Origin: Alphaproteobacteria bacterium
Lineage (GTDB): Bacteria > Pseudomonadota > Alphaproteobacteria > UBA9219 > RGZA01
Assembly: GCA_021732145.1 (NCBI GenBank)
Contig: JAKFVN010000005.1
Span: 7,019-71,018, forward strand
Reading direction: 5' to 3'
DNA: 64,000 nt
The notes below the pieces were generated by a model. It had not been told where the DNA came from. It ran no database searches and worked only from the letters and a program-made list of their open reading frames with translations. Of the stretch, positions 1 to 11,565 are shown in pieces (position 1 is the stretch's first letter; every line of letters starts with the position of its first letter). A program made the position numbers and the translations under genes.

Positions 1-955
1 TGCCCCAATCAGCTTGTTCAGCTTTCTTCACGCGCGCATCGATGGATTGAATGGCATCATCGCCGCGCACTTCGCAGCCCGCATCCAGCAATGCTGTGAT
101 GGATGCGGTGGCAATGGTTTTCAGCGTGCTGGCTTCAAACAGCAGGCATTCCACCGCGCCGCAAATGCTGCAACGGCGCATCTTTGCGTTTTGAATAATG
201 GCCTTCGCCTTTTCGCCATCGGCGTTGGCATCCACATAAATGTGATTCACGCCTTCATACTGGCGCAGCAAGGGGATTTTGCTTTCGCGTTCGACGCGTT
301 CAATGAGTTCGCGCCCACCACGTGGCACAATCACATCCACATATTGGCTCATGGTGAGCAGCGCGCCGACCGCAGCGCGGTCTGTTGTAGGCACCAATTG
401 AATAGCAGTTTTTGGCAAGCCGCTTTCGCTGAGACCTTCTTGCAGGGCATTGGCAATTGCCAGTGAACTTTCAAAACAATCCGAACCGCAGCGCAAAATA
501 ATCGCGTTACCTCCGCGCAGCGCAATGGATGCAGCTTCTGCTGTTACATTCGGGCGGCTTTCGTAAATCATACCAATGACGCCAAGGGGCGCGGAGACGC
601 GCTGGATTTTCAAACCGTTTGGGCGCGCCCATTCTTCCAGAACTTTTCCAACAGGGTCGGGTTGCTTCGCCACTTCCTCCAACCCCTTCGCAATTCCTTC
701 GAGCCGTTCGGGGGTGAGGGTGAGGCGGTCAACCATCGCCTTGCTAATCGTGGTTTGGCCGCGCGCAACATCAAGCGCGTTGGCTTTTAAAATCGCATCC
801 TTATTACTGCGAAGTTTTTGCGCGCAGATTTGCAGGGCTTTGGTGCGCTGCGCAGCGGTCGCGTTGGCAAGCAAAGGCAGGGCAGCCTTGGCATTTAAAC
901 CAATCGCTTCCAATTCCTTTACCCAGTCCGTTGTGTCTTTTGTTGCTGTTTGCAT
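1..955 (-). CDS. proA: gamma-glutamyl phosphate reductase. The gene's 3' end runs past the window edge.
   Basis: The minus-strand translation reads MQTATKDTTDWVKELEAIGLNAKAA... and continues through the VIVPRGGRELIERV motif typical of ProA. The ATG is at 955 and the gene lies just downstream of proB. Confidence 0.8.
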   Translation of the reverse strand, partial: MQTATKDTTDWVKELEAIGLNAKAALPLLANATAAQRTKALQICAQKLRSNKDAILKANALDVARGQTTISKAMVDRLTLTPERLEGIAKGLEEVAKQPDPVGKVLEEWARPNGLKIQRVSAPLGVIGMIYESRPNVTAEAASIALRGGNAIILRCGSDCFESSLAIANALQEGLSESGLPKTAIQLVPTTDRAAVGALLTMSQYVDVIVPRGGRELIERVERESKIPLLRQYEGVNHIYVDANADGEKAKAIIQNAKMRRCSICGAVECLLFEASTLKTIATASITALLDAGCEVRGDDAIQSIDARVKKAEQADWG

Positions 956-965
956 AAGGCATAAT

Positions 966-1574
966 TTAGAGCCCCGCGCGGTACTTTTCCAGCGCCTTTT
1001 GCAATGCTTCCGGGCTTATTCCAAGGGGTTCCGGGTCAATCACGAGGACATTTTCGCGTTCCACGAGAGATTTGACCTGCGCCACATCATTTTCTTCCGA
1101 TGGTTCATAAAGCCATGTGATGGGCGGGGCGAGCTTGGTATGCACGCGGATTTCATAGGTCGTCTGTTCAATCGACTGTTTTTTGAAGGTGGTATTGGTT
1201 TTTAATTCAACCGATGTGACATACGTCCACGGAATAATCCAGCCATTGCGGCGCACATCATATTGCAGTTTTTGCGCGGTGATGGCGATAACCGGTTTGC
1301 TGTCATCAATCGCGCGGAATGCTTCGGCTTTTTGATGCAGCATGAATGCGCCAATGCCGCACATGATGGCCAGCGCGAGCGCGATGAGTGAACGTTTGGC
1401 AGCGCCAAATAACCCCAATGTGCAGAACAGGTAATAAACGCAGGCCGTTGCGGCAAGAATGGCGGCGATGGTTAAGCCGGATTTGCCGATTTGAATGGCA
1501 GTGGCATCGCTGAAAAACTGCGCATCGGAACCTGGTCTTAAATTCTCAAGAACCTGAACTGTGCTGTTATCCAT
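966..1574 (-). CDS. hypothetical membrane protein (202 aa, about three hydrophobic segments) inserted between proB and proA
   Basis: Intact ORF with predicted transmembrane stretches, tightly packed between proB and proA. Confidence 0.45.
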   Translation of the reverse strand: MDNSTVQVLENLRPGSDAQFFSDATAIQIGKSGLTIAAILAATACVYYLFCTLGLFGAAKRSLIALALAIMCGIGAFMLHQKAEAFRAIDDSKPVIAITAQKLQYDVRRNGWIIPWTYVTSVELKTNTTFKKQSIEQTTYEIRVHTKLAPPITWLYEPSEENDVAQVKSLVERENVLVIDPEPLGISPEALQKALEKYRAGL

Positions 1575-1582
1575 ATATTGCC

Positions 1583-2719
1583 CTATTTATTCATAACCAT
1601 GTTGTCGCGGTGAATCATTTCCTCCTGTCCTGCATAACCCAGCAGGCGTTCAATATCATCGCTGCGCTTGCCGCAGATTTTATCGGCCTCATCACGGTCG
1701 AACGCAATCAACCCGCAGCCAACGCTGTGGCCGGAGAGTGTTTTAATCGCAACGGCATCGCCCGCAACAAAACTTCCTTCGCAGGATTTAACGCCCGCCG
1801 GCAAAAGGCTGCGCCCGTCTTGCAACGCTTTGGCCGCGCCATCATCGATGATGATTGCGCCTTTCATGCTCATATGCGCGGCAATCCAGCGCTTGCGCGC
1901 TGCCAACGGAGTGGTGGACGGCGTGAACCATGTGCAACGCAATGTGCCTTCATCCAGTTTGCGTAATGGATTTTCTTCCGTGCCTTTTAAAATCGCCATG
2001 CGGCAGCCAGAGGTAACCGCGATTTTTGCCGCCATGATTTTGGTTTTCATGCCGCCGCTGCTGACCCCCGGTTGTGGGTCGCCCGCCATCGCTTCGATAT
2101 CAGTGGTAATTTCTTTTACTTCGGGAATAAAGGTGGCGGATGGGTTGGTTTTGGGGTCTGCCGTATAAAGCCCATCGATATCCGATAATAATATAAGCGT
2201 ATCGGCGCTCATCATCTGCGCAACACGCGCGGCGAGGCGGTCATTATCACCAATGCGGATTTCAGCGGTGCTGACAGTATCGTTTTCATTGATAATCGGC
2301 AGCGCATTGAGCTTTAAAATTTTTTCAATCGCGCCGCGGCAGGTTAAATGGCGCTGGCGGTCTTCGGTATCATCCAAGGTCAGCAGCACTTGCGCGGTGA
2401 GGGTGTTACTGCCTTTAAAAACTTCTTCCCATGCTTGCATCAAAATGGGTTGGCCAACGGCGGTTGCCGCCTGTTTTTCTTCCATGCTTAAATTGCGTTT
2501 GATTTTATCGCGCGATAAACCAACAAGGCTGCGGCCCAGTGCGCCAGCGCCGGATGTGACAATAATCACTTCGCGGCCTTTGGTGCGCCAACCTGCGATG
2601 TCGCTGGCCAAGGCCTTCATCCATGCAAGGCGCGCCTTGCCGTCGCCGTCAGCAATAAGTGCGGAGCCAATTTTGATGATGATGCGGTGGGCGTTATTCA
2701 ACACGTTCAAAACCTTCAT
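1583..2719 (-). CDS. proB: glutamate 5-kinase
   Basis: The N-terminus RIIIKIGSALI...VIIVTSGA and a C-terminal PUA-like region are typical of ProB. Confidence 0.9.
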   Translation of the reverse strand: MKVLNVLNNAHRIIIKIGSALIADGDGKARLAWMKALASDIAGWRTKGREVIIVTSGAGALGRSLVGLSRDKIKRNLSMEEKQAATAVGQPILMQAWEEVFKGSNTLTAQVLLTLDDTEDRQRHLTCRGAIEKILKLNALPIINENDTVSTAEIRIGDNDRLAARVAQMMSADTLILLSDIDGLYTADPKTNPSATFIPEVKEITTDIEAMAGDPQPGVSSGGMKTKIMAAKIAVTSGCRMAILKGTEENPLRKLDEGTLRCTWFTPSTTPLAARKRWIAAHMSMKGAIIIDDGAAKALQDGRSLLPAGVKSCEGSFVAGDAVAIKTLSGHSVGCGLIAFDRDEADKICGKRSDDIERLLGYAGQEEMIHRDNMVMNK

Positions 2720-2778
2720 ATGAATAAGGTCTTGATACTGCCTTTAGATTCCAAATAAGGCAACTGCCAGCGAAGGTG

Positions 2779-3300
2779 CTATTTCGCGATATTCACGGCA
2801 TTGCGCACCAGCTTCAGCAGCTTGGCGGGCTGCACATTCACGCCTGCATTATAGGATTCCCTGAAATAGGTCTGTGCGATGACACGCCATGCAATGAGCC
2901 GTTCTTCTTTTTCCGCGGCGGGCAGGGTAATCAGCTCATAGCCCGCGCCCTGCATTTCTGCAAGGAAAGTGTTGGTGGAAGAAGTGGGCCATGTATCCGC
3001 ATCAATATCCTGAATGGTCAGGCGGTATTTTTTTCCGTAGATGAGAAAAATATTGATGTAGGCTTCACGCCCCGTGAGCTGATACGCGCCAAGATTATAG
3101 GCAGCGCACATCGCCGCGATTTGCTTGCGCGTGGGCGGCGACAACGCTTCGCCTTCGGGCGAAAGACCCGCACCCGTACAAAGCTCCGTTTTCATTTCAG
3201 TGAACGTATCGGTATTCGTCCAGCTTTTTACATGCCCGACGATATAGATGATACTGATGATGAGGACGAGCCAAAGGAAGAATTTTAGTAAATCGAGCAT
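2779..3300 (-). CDS. hypothetical protein with an N-terminal transmembrane anchor (173 aa)
   Basis: ORF with a hydrophobic N-terminus (FLWLVLIISIIYIV), no recognised motif. Confidence 0.45.
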   Translation of the reverse strand: MLDLLKFFLWLVLIISIIYIVGHVKSWTNTDTFTEMKTELCTGAGLSPEGEALSPPTRKQIAAMCAAYNLGAYQLTGREAYINIFLIYGKKYRLTIQDIDADTWPTSSTNTFLAEMQGAGYELITLPAAEKEERLIAWRVIAQTYFRESYNAGVNVQPAKLLKLVRNAVNIAK

Positions 3301-3348
3301 GGGGGTACGCTAATCCACCCCGTATAAATAACGTATATGTTCTTGAGG

Positions 3349-4422
<1,074 letters not shown>

Positions 4423-4434
4423 TTAAAGGCGCGA

Positions 4435-4689
4435 TTAAGCAGCCTTAATGCTTACATACTTCTTGCCACCCTTACCGGTGTGGAATTCTACGCGGCCAGT
4501 GATGAGCGCGAATAGTGTGTGATCCTTACCCATGCCAACATTGTCTGCCGGGTGAACATCGGTACCGCGTTGACGCAGGATGATGTTGCCTGCAAGTGCA
4601 ACTTCGGAACCAAAACGCTTTACGCCCAAACGGCGACCAGCTGAATCGCGGCCATTTCGTGAACTACCGCCTGCTTTTTTATGTGCCAT
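4435..4689 (-). CDS. rpmA: 50S ribosomal protein L27
   Basis: [16 protein letters not shown]... is the canonical L27 N-terminus. Confidence 0.95.
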   Translation of the reverse strand: MAHKKAGGSSRNGRDSAGRRLGVKRFGSEVALAGNIILRQRGTDVHPADNVGMGKDHTLFALITGRVEFHTGKGGKKYVSIKAA

Positions 4690-4722
4690 GACTTAATCTC
4701 CTGAAAACCCTGATTGATTTGA

Positions 4723-5037
4723 TTACGCGCTCTTGATGCCGGTGATGCGCAGAACGGTGAGATTCTGGCGGTGACCGTTCTTGCGGCGGTAATTTTGACG
4801 GCGCTTTTTCTTGAACACGATGACTTTATCGTCCTTCTCGTGGCGCACAACTTCGGCGCTTACGCTTGCGCCCTTAACGGTCGGGTTGCCAGAAGTGGTC
4901 TTGGAAGCATCGGCAACCAGCAGAACTTCTTTCAGTTCAATGGTCTTGCCTGCTTCAACGTCCAGCTTTTCAACGCGCAGAACATCGTCTTGCGCAACTT
5001 TGTATTGCTTGCCGCCAGTTTGAATAATCGCGAACAT
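4723..5037 (-). CDS. rplU: 50S ribosomal protein L21
   Basis: [14 protein letters not shown]... is the L21 N-terminus. I chose the internal ATG at 5037, which has an AGGA ribosome-binding site; the longer ORF reaching 5094 is probably not used. Confidence 0.9.
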   Translation of the reverse strand: MFAIIQTGGKQYKVAQDDVLRVEKLDVEAGKTIELKEVLLVADASKTTSGNPTVKGASVSAEVVRHEKDDKVIVFKKKRRQNYRRKNGHRQNLTVLRITGIKSA

Positions 5038-5183
5038 GATACCTAATCCTAATCCAAAAATAAAAAAACCAGCTTTACGTCCGTGGAAATCCACGGGGTT
5101 TAAAGCTGCCTGAACTCTTTAGCGTGCTGTTTTGTAGTGGATTGGGTGGGGCTTTGTCAAATAAATAGCAGGTTCTTAATGGC

Positions 5184-7034
5184 TTATTTTGAGCCGTTTT
5201 TACCAATAAAATCAGCCAAAGCCGCTTTAACGCGGGCTAATACTTGGCTCCAATCGCCTGCGTTTTCCTGCCGGAACAGGCGCATGGTGGGGTACCACGG
5301 GCTGTCATCCCGCCCCAATAGCCAGCGCCAATCGGGGTTTTTGGTGATTAATGTCCAGACGGGCAGCCCAAGGGCCCCCGCCAAATGGGCCGGCGCGGAA
5401 TCGATGGTGATGAGTAAATCGAGCTCCGCCAGCGTCGCGGCAGTGTCCGCCAGATTTTTGATGTTGGGCGCAATATCCAGCACACCGAATTTTTGCATGC
5501 GCTGCGCATCACCTTCCTTCGGCTGATATTGCAGCGAATAAAACGTCATGCCCTTCATTCCCAAAATATCATCCCACATTTCAAAAGGTATCGAGCGTTC
5601 ATGGTCACGCTTATGCATGGGATTGCCCGCCCATACCAAACCAATTTTGATACCGCTGCCTTGCAGTTTAAATTTTGGGTCGCCCTTTTTGGGATTAGGC
5701 AAATAAGGAACATTGCCAGGAATGTTATTCAAACCGGTGCCGAGCATGCCGGGCAAATCCATCGTGCCGCACACCGCATCCACTTCCGGTGGAACGGTTT
5801 TATCTTCCACATTCCATGAGACAACTTTATCCGCGCCATCCCAATTTTCTAAAAGCGAATACAAAACCGGACGGACATAGGCATAAACCTTCGCGCCGCG
5901 TGCGCGCAGAATGGGCACATAGCGCAGCATGTGAATGGTATCGCCAAAGCCTTGCTCTTCCTGAACCAGAATAGTTTTACCTGCGGGATTGCTGCCATCC
6001 CATACTTCGCCGTTCATGCGCATGGCCTTGAATTTTTCCATCGCGGCCCAGCGCCAGCGATAGCGGCGGAAGCCTTCATGCAATTGGCCCGCGACCAATA
6101 AATTCATGGAACGGTTCCACGGCGCAGACAATTCGGTGGGGTTCAGCATAAACGTCTGGCTGTAATAATCATCCGCATCATCAAACTTGCATTGATTGAG
6201 CGCGAGGGAGCCGAGCGTGACGGAAACATCAGCAAGGTCGGGTTCCAATGTGAACAGCGTGCGCAAAATATAACTCGCCTTCGCATTATCGCCCTTCAGC
6301 AAATAACTGGTGCCAAGGGAAAAGATGCAATTGCGGATGCGTTCATCCTTGGTGTTCATCGAATACGCGTCCGACAGATAATCAATAATCCCGTCTTCCT
6401 TCAGGCCCAGAATTTGCTGCGCGGAACGCTGCGCGGCATCGAACATGGTTGGCTGGTCGTTATGTTCAATCGCGATGTCGTAAAGGCTGAACAGCATTTC
6501 AGAATGTTCGGGGTGGAGTTTTAAGCCCAGTTCCAGTTGCTGCTTTGCGGATTTATAATCCAAAAGCGCGCTATATATATGTGCAAGGTTGTTATGGGTA
6601 AGGGCGTGCGTGCTATCGATGCTTAGCACTTTCGCATAGCTTTCCTTGGCTTCCTTATACTTTTTCTGCTCACGCTGGGCATTGCCAAGATTGTAATATG
6701 CCTCCACCCAATCGGGCATCAGCCGCGCGGCGTTTTGAAATGCATTTTCGGCCAAGGCAAAGCGTTTTGATTTTTGACAGGCATTGCCAAGATAGAAATA
6801 GAAAAGACCGGAGTTACTATCAATCGCAATCGCTTGCTTGATATAATCAATCGCTGCATCATATTCTTTTTTATCGCAGAGCAGGGAGCCAAGCAGCGCG
6901 AGCGCATCCGCATTTTTTGGTTCAAATTTTAAAATGAGACGATAGCCGTTTTCGGCCTCGTTCAACTGGCCGGATTGATGCAACGCTGTTGCGCCTTTTA
7001 ATAATCCGCTTGTTGAAGATTCAGGCGCGCTCAT
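5184..7034 (-). CDS. TPR-repeat protein with a C-terminal glycosyltransferase family 9 (heptosyltransferase-like) domain
   Basis: Multiple TPR-like repeats are followed by a GT9-like C-terminus (QEEQGFGD ... DSAPAHLAGALGLPVWTL). Confidence 0.75.
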   Translation of the reverse strand: MSAPESSTSGLLKGATALHQSGQLNEAENGYRLILKFEPKNADALALLGSLLCDKKEYDAAIDYIKQAIAIDSNSGLFYFYLGNACQKSKRFALAENAFQNAARLMPDWVEAYYNLGNAQREQKKYKEAKESYAKVLSIDSTHALTHNNLAHIYSALLDYKSAKQQLELGLKLHPEHSEMLFSLYDIAIEHNDQPTMFDAAQRSAQQILGLKEDGIIDYLSDAYSMNTKDERIRNCIFSLGTSYLLKGDNAKASYILRTLFTLEPDLADVSVTLGSLALNQCKFDDADDYYSQTFMLNPTELSAPWNRSMNLLVAGQLHEGFRRYRWRWAAMEKFKAMRMNGEVWDGSNPAGKTILVQEEQGFGDTIHMLRYVPILRARGAKVYAYVRPVLYSLLENWDGADKVVSWNVEDKTVPPEVDAVCGTMDLPGMLGTGLNNIPGNVPYLPNPKKGDPKFKLQGSGIKIGLVWAGNPMHKRDHERSIPFEMWDDILGMKGMTFYSLQYQPKEGDAQRMQKFGVLDIAPNIKNLADTAATLAELDLLITIDSAPAHLAGALGLPVWTLITKNPDWRWLLGRDDSPWYPTMRLFRQENAGDWSQVLARVKAALADFIGKNGSK

Positions 7035-8863
7035 GCTGCGATTGCCTTGCTATTCTGGAATTCGAGAAGCGATTGCTGGACTTGTTTTAAGACAGGTGCC
7101 CAATCGCCCGAAACCGTTTGGCGGAACAGGCGCATGGTGGGGTACCACGGGCTGTCGGCTCTACCTAATAAATAGCGCCAATCGGCATCAACCGTTAGTA
7201 ATGTCCACACCGGCAGGCCCAGCGCGCCAGCCAAATGGGCGGGCGCGCTATCCACCGTTATCAGCAAATCAAGTTCAGCCAATGTCGCAGCACTGTCGGC
7301 CAACGTGTTGATTTTCTGTGCAAGATTGATGACACCGTATTGCTTCATCGTCTGCATATCTTTTTGTTCCGGTTTGAACTGCAAGCCATAAAAAGTGAAC
7401 CCTTGCATCGCCGTAATGTCTTTTAAAAGTTCAGGCGAATATGACCGCGCAAAGTTGCGTTTATGCGCAGGGTTGCCTGACCAGACGAGGCCAATTTTGA
7501 GGCCAGCACCTTCCAGCTTGTATTTTGCATCTCCCTTTTTGGGGTTGGGAATATAAGGTGCGTTTGCCGGAAGATTATTCATGGTGATGCCAAGATAACC
7601 CGGCAAATCCATCACGCCGCAGGCGCAGTCAACCTCCGGTGGAACATTTTTATTGTCGGCTTTCCATGACACAACTTGGCTTGGGCCATCCCAACCTTCC
7701 AATAGCGAATAAAGTTCCGGGCGCACATAAGCGAGCACATTCGCGCCGCGTTCTTTCAACAGCGGCATGAAGCGCAGCATTTGAAGAGTGTCGCCAAAGC
7801 CTTGCTCTTCCTGAACGGCAATCGTCTTGCCGTTTGGATTTTCGCCGTCCCAGCGTTCCACGTTTAAACGCATGCGCTTATATTTTTCCATCGCCGACCA
7901 GCGCCAGCCATAACGGCGGAACCCTTCCTGCAAATTGCCGTTAATCAGCAATGACATGGAACGGTTCCACGGCGCATCAATCTGCGCAGGGTTCATCATG
8001 AAGGTTTGCGCGTAATAGCAATCCGCCAGTTCCGGATTGTTGCGCGATAGCTGGACGGAACCCAGCATCAACTGCACTTCTTCCAAATCGGGTTCGTGTT
8101 GGTTGATTAAGCGCAGCACATAGCTGGCGCGTTGCAAATCAACGGTCAGGAAATAACTGGCCGCCACCGCCAGCAAACAATTGCGCGTTTGTTCATCGCG
8201 TGTATCCAGTTTGGGAATGCTTTCCAGATAATCGATAATATCCATGCCATTTGGCACGCCCAGTTTGATGCGCGCAATGCGCTGCGCGGCATCGAACGCG
8301 CCAAGGAAATCATTGTGTTCCAGCGCAATGTCATGCGCGCTGAACAGCAATTCCAGATTGGCAGGTTCCATCTTCAGCGCCATGTGCAATTGCGTTTTGG
8401 CGGATGGGTAATCGCTTAATTCGCTATACACCTGTGCCAGATTATTGTGGCATTGGATATGGCGCGGGGATTGTTGCAGCGCTTTCTTGTAGCTTTCCTT
8501 GGCAAAGGCGGGTTTGCCCAGTTTGCGTTGCGCATTGCCAAGATTATAAAGCGCGGCATCCCATTTCGGGGCGTAAGTGGTTGCTTTGGTGAACGAAGCT
8601 TCCGCGCTCACCACATCGCCCGATTTTTCATAGGCATTGCCGAGATGAAAATGAAACAGCGGTGCCTTCGCATCGATGGTGAGCGCTTGTTTAATCAGAG
8701 CAATCGCGTCTTGATGTTGGTTTTTGTACGAGAGGACGGAACCAAGCAGCGCCATGCCATCCGCATTGCGCGGTTCCTGATGCAGTAACAGACGATACGC
8801 GTTTTCCGCGTCATCCATCATGCCAGCTTGATGCAGGGCCATAGCACTCTGAAGTATATTCAT
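7031..8863 (-). CDS. TPR-repeat / GT9-like glycosyltransferase, tandem paralog of the 5184-7034 gene
   Basis: Same architecture and motifs as its neighbour (QEEQGFGDT ... DSAPAHLAGALGLPVWTL). Its stop overlaps the neighbour's start by 4 nt. Confidence 0.75.
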   Translation of the reverse strand: MNILQSAMALHQAGMMDDAENAYRLLLHQEPRNADGMALLGSVLSYKNQHQDAIALIKQALTIDAKAPLFHFHLGNAYEKSGDVVSAEASFTKATTYAPKWDAALYNLGNAQRKLGKPAFAKESYKKALQQSPRHIQCHNNLAQVYSELSDYPSAKTQLHMALKMEPANLELLFSAHDIALEHNDFLGAFDAAQRIARIKLGVPNGMDIIDYLESIPKLDTRDEQTRNCLLAVAASYFLTVDLQRASYVLRLINQHEPDLEEVQLMLGSVQLSRNNPELADCYYAQTFMMNPAQIDAPWNRSMSLLINGNLQEGFRRYGWRWSAMEKYKRMRLNVERWDGENPNGKTIAVQEEQGFGDTLQMLRFMPLLKERGANVLAYVRPELYSLLEGWDGPSQVVSWKADNKNVPPEVDCACGVMDLPGYLGITMNNLPANAPYIPNPKKGDAKYKLEGAGLKIGLVWSGNPAHKRNFARSYSPELLKDITAMQGFTFYGLQFKPEQKDMQTMKQYGVINLAQKINTLADSAATLAELDLLITVDSAPAHLAGALGLPVWTLLTVDADWRYLLGRADSPWYPTMRLFRQTVSGDWAPVLKQVQQSLLEFQNSKAIAA

Positions 8864-8905
8864 AAAATGAATCTACACCGCGCTTAACCGCACGAAAACG
8901 TGATT

Positions 8906-9805
8906 CTATCGGGCGGCGTGTTCGCGGCGGGGAACGTCGGCTGTCGTGTCGGCAATGGTCACGATTTCAATGCTTTGTTCATTGCGCGCTTTATAGCGGG
9001 TTTGCAGCCACATCACGCCGAATAAATCCATGATGCTGTCCAGTGCGCGTTTGAAATTGGTGTATTTCGATTGGCCGTGCGTGCGCTGGCGGTCATTGAC
9101 CGGAATATAAACGACATCATGCCCATACAGTTTGAACAAGGTGGGTTCATAACGGTGGATATTATCGAAATAGGGAAGGGCCAAATACGCATCGCGGCGG
9201 AATACTTTTAATGCGCAGCCGGTATCGGGGCAGTCGTCTTGCAATAATGCGCGGCGAACTGCATTGGCGAATTTGCTGGCGATGCGTTTGGAACCTGTTG
9301 CAGCGCGGTTCACGCGCACGCCGGAAACCAGAATGTTCTTATATGGATTGCTTTCCAGCGCAGTGGAAAGAAGGCGCGGAATATCGGCAGGGTCATTTTG
9401 CCCGTCGCCATCCATCGTAATAATCCATTCGCCGCGCGCATGACGAATGCCCGTCCACACGCCCTGGCTTTTTCCATAACGCGCCTGATGGCAGATAAGG
9501 CGGATGTTTGGGAAGCGGCGCATCGCGGTTTGAATTTCATCCGCTGTCGGGTCAGCGCTGTGGTCATCCACGAAAATGATTTCATAATTATTCTTTGTCC
9601 CATCTTTTTTAAAAAGAGGCAGGGTTTCCAAAACAGTGGTGATTTCCTGCGCCAGCGGCAGAATATTTCCCGCCTCATCCGCTACGGAAATAACAACCGA
9701 TACCAAACGGTCATGCGCTGCCCCGTTATGTGAAGGCGGAAAACCGGGGCGGTTTAATTGATGGGTTAAGGATTGAAAGGGGGCCATTTTATTTGACATG
9801 GTCAA
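8906..9805 (-). CDS. glycosyltransferase family 2 (polyprenyl-phosphate sugar transferase-like)
   Basis: GT2 motifs VVISV...EIIFVDDHS...MDGDGQNDP. Confidence 0.75.
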   Translation of the reverse strand: MTMSNKMAPFQSLTHQLNRPGFPPSHNGAAHDRLVSVVISVADEAGNILPLAQEITTVLETLPLFKKDGTKNNYEIIFVDDHSADPTADEIQTAMRRFPNIRLICHQARYGKSQGVWTGIRHARGEWIITMDGDGQNDPADIPRLLSTALESNPYKNILVSGVRVNRAATGSKRIASKFANAVRRALLQDDCPDTGCALKVFRRDAYLALPYFDNIHRYEPTLFKLYGHDVVYIPVNDRQRTHGQSKYTNFKRALDSIMDLFGVMWLQTRYKARNEQSIEIVTIADTTADVPRREHAAR

Positions 9806-9914
9806 TATATAATAACCGAAATATGAAATTACTAGGGCAATAGGCGGTAAAACGGGAACTTATGGGCTTGCAAAGAGTCCTGTTTTTGATTAGGTTGCGG
9901 CCTCTTAAAAAGTT

Positions 9915-9991
9915 GCACCCGTAGCTCAACTGGATAGAGCATCTGACTACGGATCAGAAGGTTAGAGATTCGAATTCTCTCGGGTGCACCA
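9915..9991 (+). tRNA. tRNA-Arg (anticodon ACG)
   Basis: A manual cloverleaf fold works: acceptor stem GCACCCG/CGGGTGC, D-arm GCTC..GAGC, anticodon loop CTACGGA, T-loop TTCGAAT, and 3' CCA. Confidence 0.9.
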
Positions 9992-10047
9992 TTTCCATTG
10001 AACAACTTGCATCGTTACAAAAGCGGTTTGTGCTATTCAAATCGACT

Positions 10048-10061
10048 TGTGCTATTCAATT
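10048..10061. repeat. 13-14-bp direct repeat tgtgctattcaat(t). Copies are at 10029-10040 (11/12 match), 10048-10061 and 11451-11464, and they flank the HAD gene.
   Basis: Exact string recurrence seen by eye. Confidence 0.6.
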
Positions 10062-10563
10062 GCTTTTTGGTGTAATTTTTCTCAATAAAATCAAATAGCC
10101 TTAAAGGCAAAATCTGTGAAATACAGATGCTCTAAATTTCCGTATAAAAGTTCGTTTGAACGAGTTGTTTAATGGTGTGCCTTACAAAGCACAATCTGTA
10201 GTCGGTTAGACTGCATGCAAAGGCATCCTTAAAACCCATTTAATTTGAGGTTTTTGATATCTTCTAAAGAAAAGTTAACTGGACGCTGTTTTTCTGCTCA
10301 GAATCTCAAAATATTTTTGGCTTTATAACTCAAATATGTATTACCATTTATTTATAAATAACCCGCGCCGTGCTGTGCTATGACCCGTAAGATATCTCTA
10401 TTAAAAACACAGACCAGATCTCCGTTTGAGTATGCATACGATAAGTCTGGCTATGTTGTATTAGAAGGTTTAGTAAGAAGAGATGCTAATACTGGGCAAT
10501 TAATTGCTAAAGCTTCCAGAGTTCTAAAAGATCCACCTAAAAACAAAAAAAAGTAACTTAGCT

Positions 10564-11448
10564 ATGCCAAACATCGCAATCGTTTGGGATTTTGATGGCA
10601 CGTTGTCGCCTGATGATTCAACGACAAAAGTCGTGGAAACATTACAAGGCGATGGTAAGGGCGGTCCTTTTTGGGATTATATTCATTCTCTGCGTGGAGA
10701 TAAAAATGATCCAGCAGAATGGGAGCATATTTTAGCCATGGATGCTCCTATTTGGATGTATTCACTTTCTAGATTGGCAGTACAAAAAAAAGTTCCGCTC
10801 AATAAAGAATTCTTTCAAAAATTTGTACTACCAAAAATCAAATTATTTCCAGAAGTCCCAAGTTTTCTTAAGGCTATAAAAAAGCTGGAAGAAGCGCCTG
10901 AATTTAAAAAAGTGAATCTGGAAATACATCACTTTATTGTTTCGGCTGGTTTAAAAGAATTAATTGAACAAGTTTTTCCAGAAGGGCTTATTAAATGGAC
11001 CTTTGGATGTAGGTACACAGTTGTAATCGATAAGTTGCATCCAGATGAGCCAGAAAGCGTCCCTGTATTTTGTATGGATGAAACGGTTAAGACCAGATCG
11101 TTATTTGAAATATCTAAAGGCGCATTTTGCAATCCAGAAATAAAAGTTAACTCACGAGTTGAGGATTCAAAATTGTGGGCTTCGTTTAATAACTTCATAT
11201 ACATTGGAGATGGCGATACAGATATCCCAGCGCTTTCATTGGTCAGAAGCAAAGGTGGAATGGGGGTGGCGTTGTATAATCCCGATGCACCAAAAGAAAA
11301 AGTTAAAGCAAGGCACAAATCAATGAGGCTAGATAAAAGAGCTGATATGATAACTGCGGCAGATTTTTCATCGAGCGGCGAGCTTTTTTCCTTCATAAAA
11401 ACGCGATGCATGCAAATACGGTATAGATATGAAGCAGCGCAGAATTAA
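10564..11448 (+). CDS. HAD-superfamily hydrolase in an AT-rich (about 38% GC) segment
   Basis: HAD motif I (VWDFDGTL) and motif IV (IYIGDGDTD). GC content is well below the 55% of the flanking genome. Confidence 0.65.
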   Translation: MPNIAIVWDFDGTLSPDDSTTKVVETLQGDGKGGPFWDYIHSLRGDKNDPAEWEHILAMDAPIWMYSLSRLAVQKKVPLNKEFFQKFVLPKIKLFPEVPSFLKAIKKLEEAPEFKKVNLEIHHFIVSAGLKELIEQVFPEGLIKWTFGCRYTVVIDKLHPDEPESVPVFCMDETVKTRSLFEISKGAFCNPEIKVNSRVEDSKLWASFNNFIYIGDGDTDIPALSLVRSKGGMGVALYNPDAPKEKVKARHKSMRLDKRADMITAADFSSSGELFSFIKTRCMQIRYRYEAAQN

Positions 11449-11565
11449 TCTGTGCTATTCAATTAAGACCAATCCAATACAAACAATGACTTAAACGGCG
11501 TAATATTGAAAATTTGTAGCACAAATTTTTTTGGCTATCCGATTGTAACAAAATAGATAATCAGC

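Noticed and set aside
14-1205. Plus-strand ORFs 14-466 and 576-1205
   Set aside because: They are antisense to the clearly recognisable proA coding frame on the minus strand, which carries the VIVPRGG motif.
9994-10563. Hidden integrase or small ORF in the AT-rich spacer after tRNA-Arg
   Set aside because: No ORF longer than about 40 codons is present, and the six-frame track is empty there. The region is non-coding.
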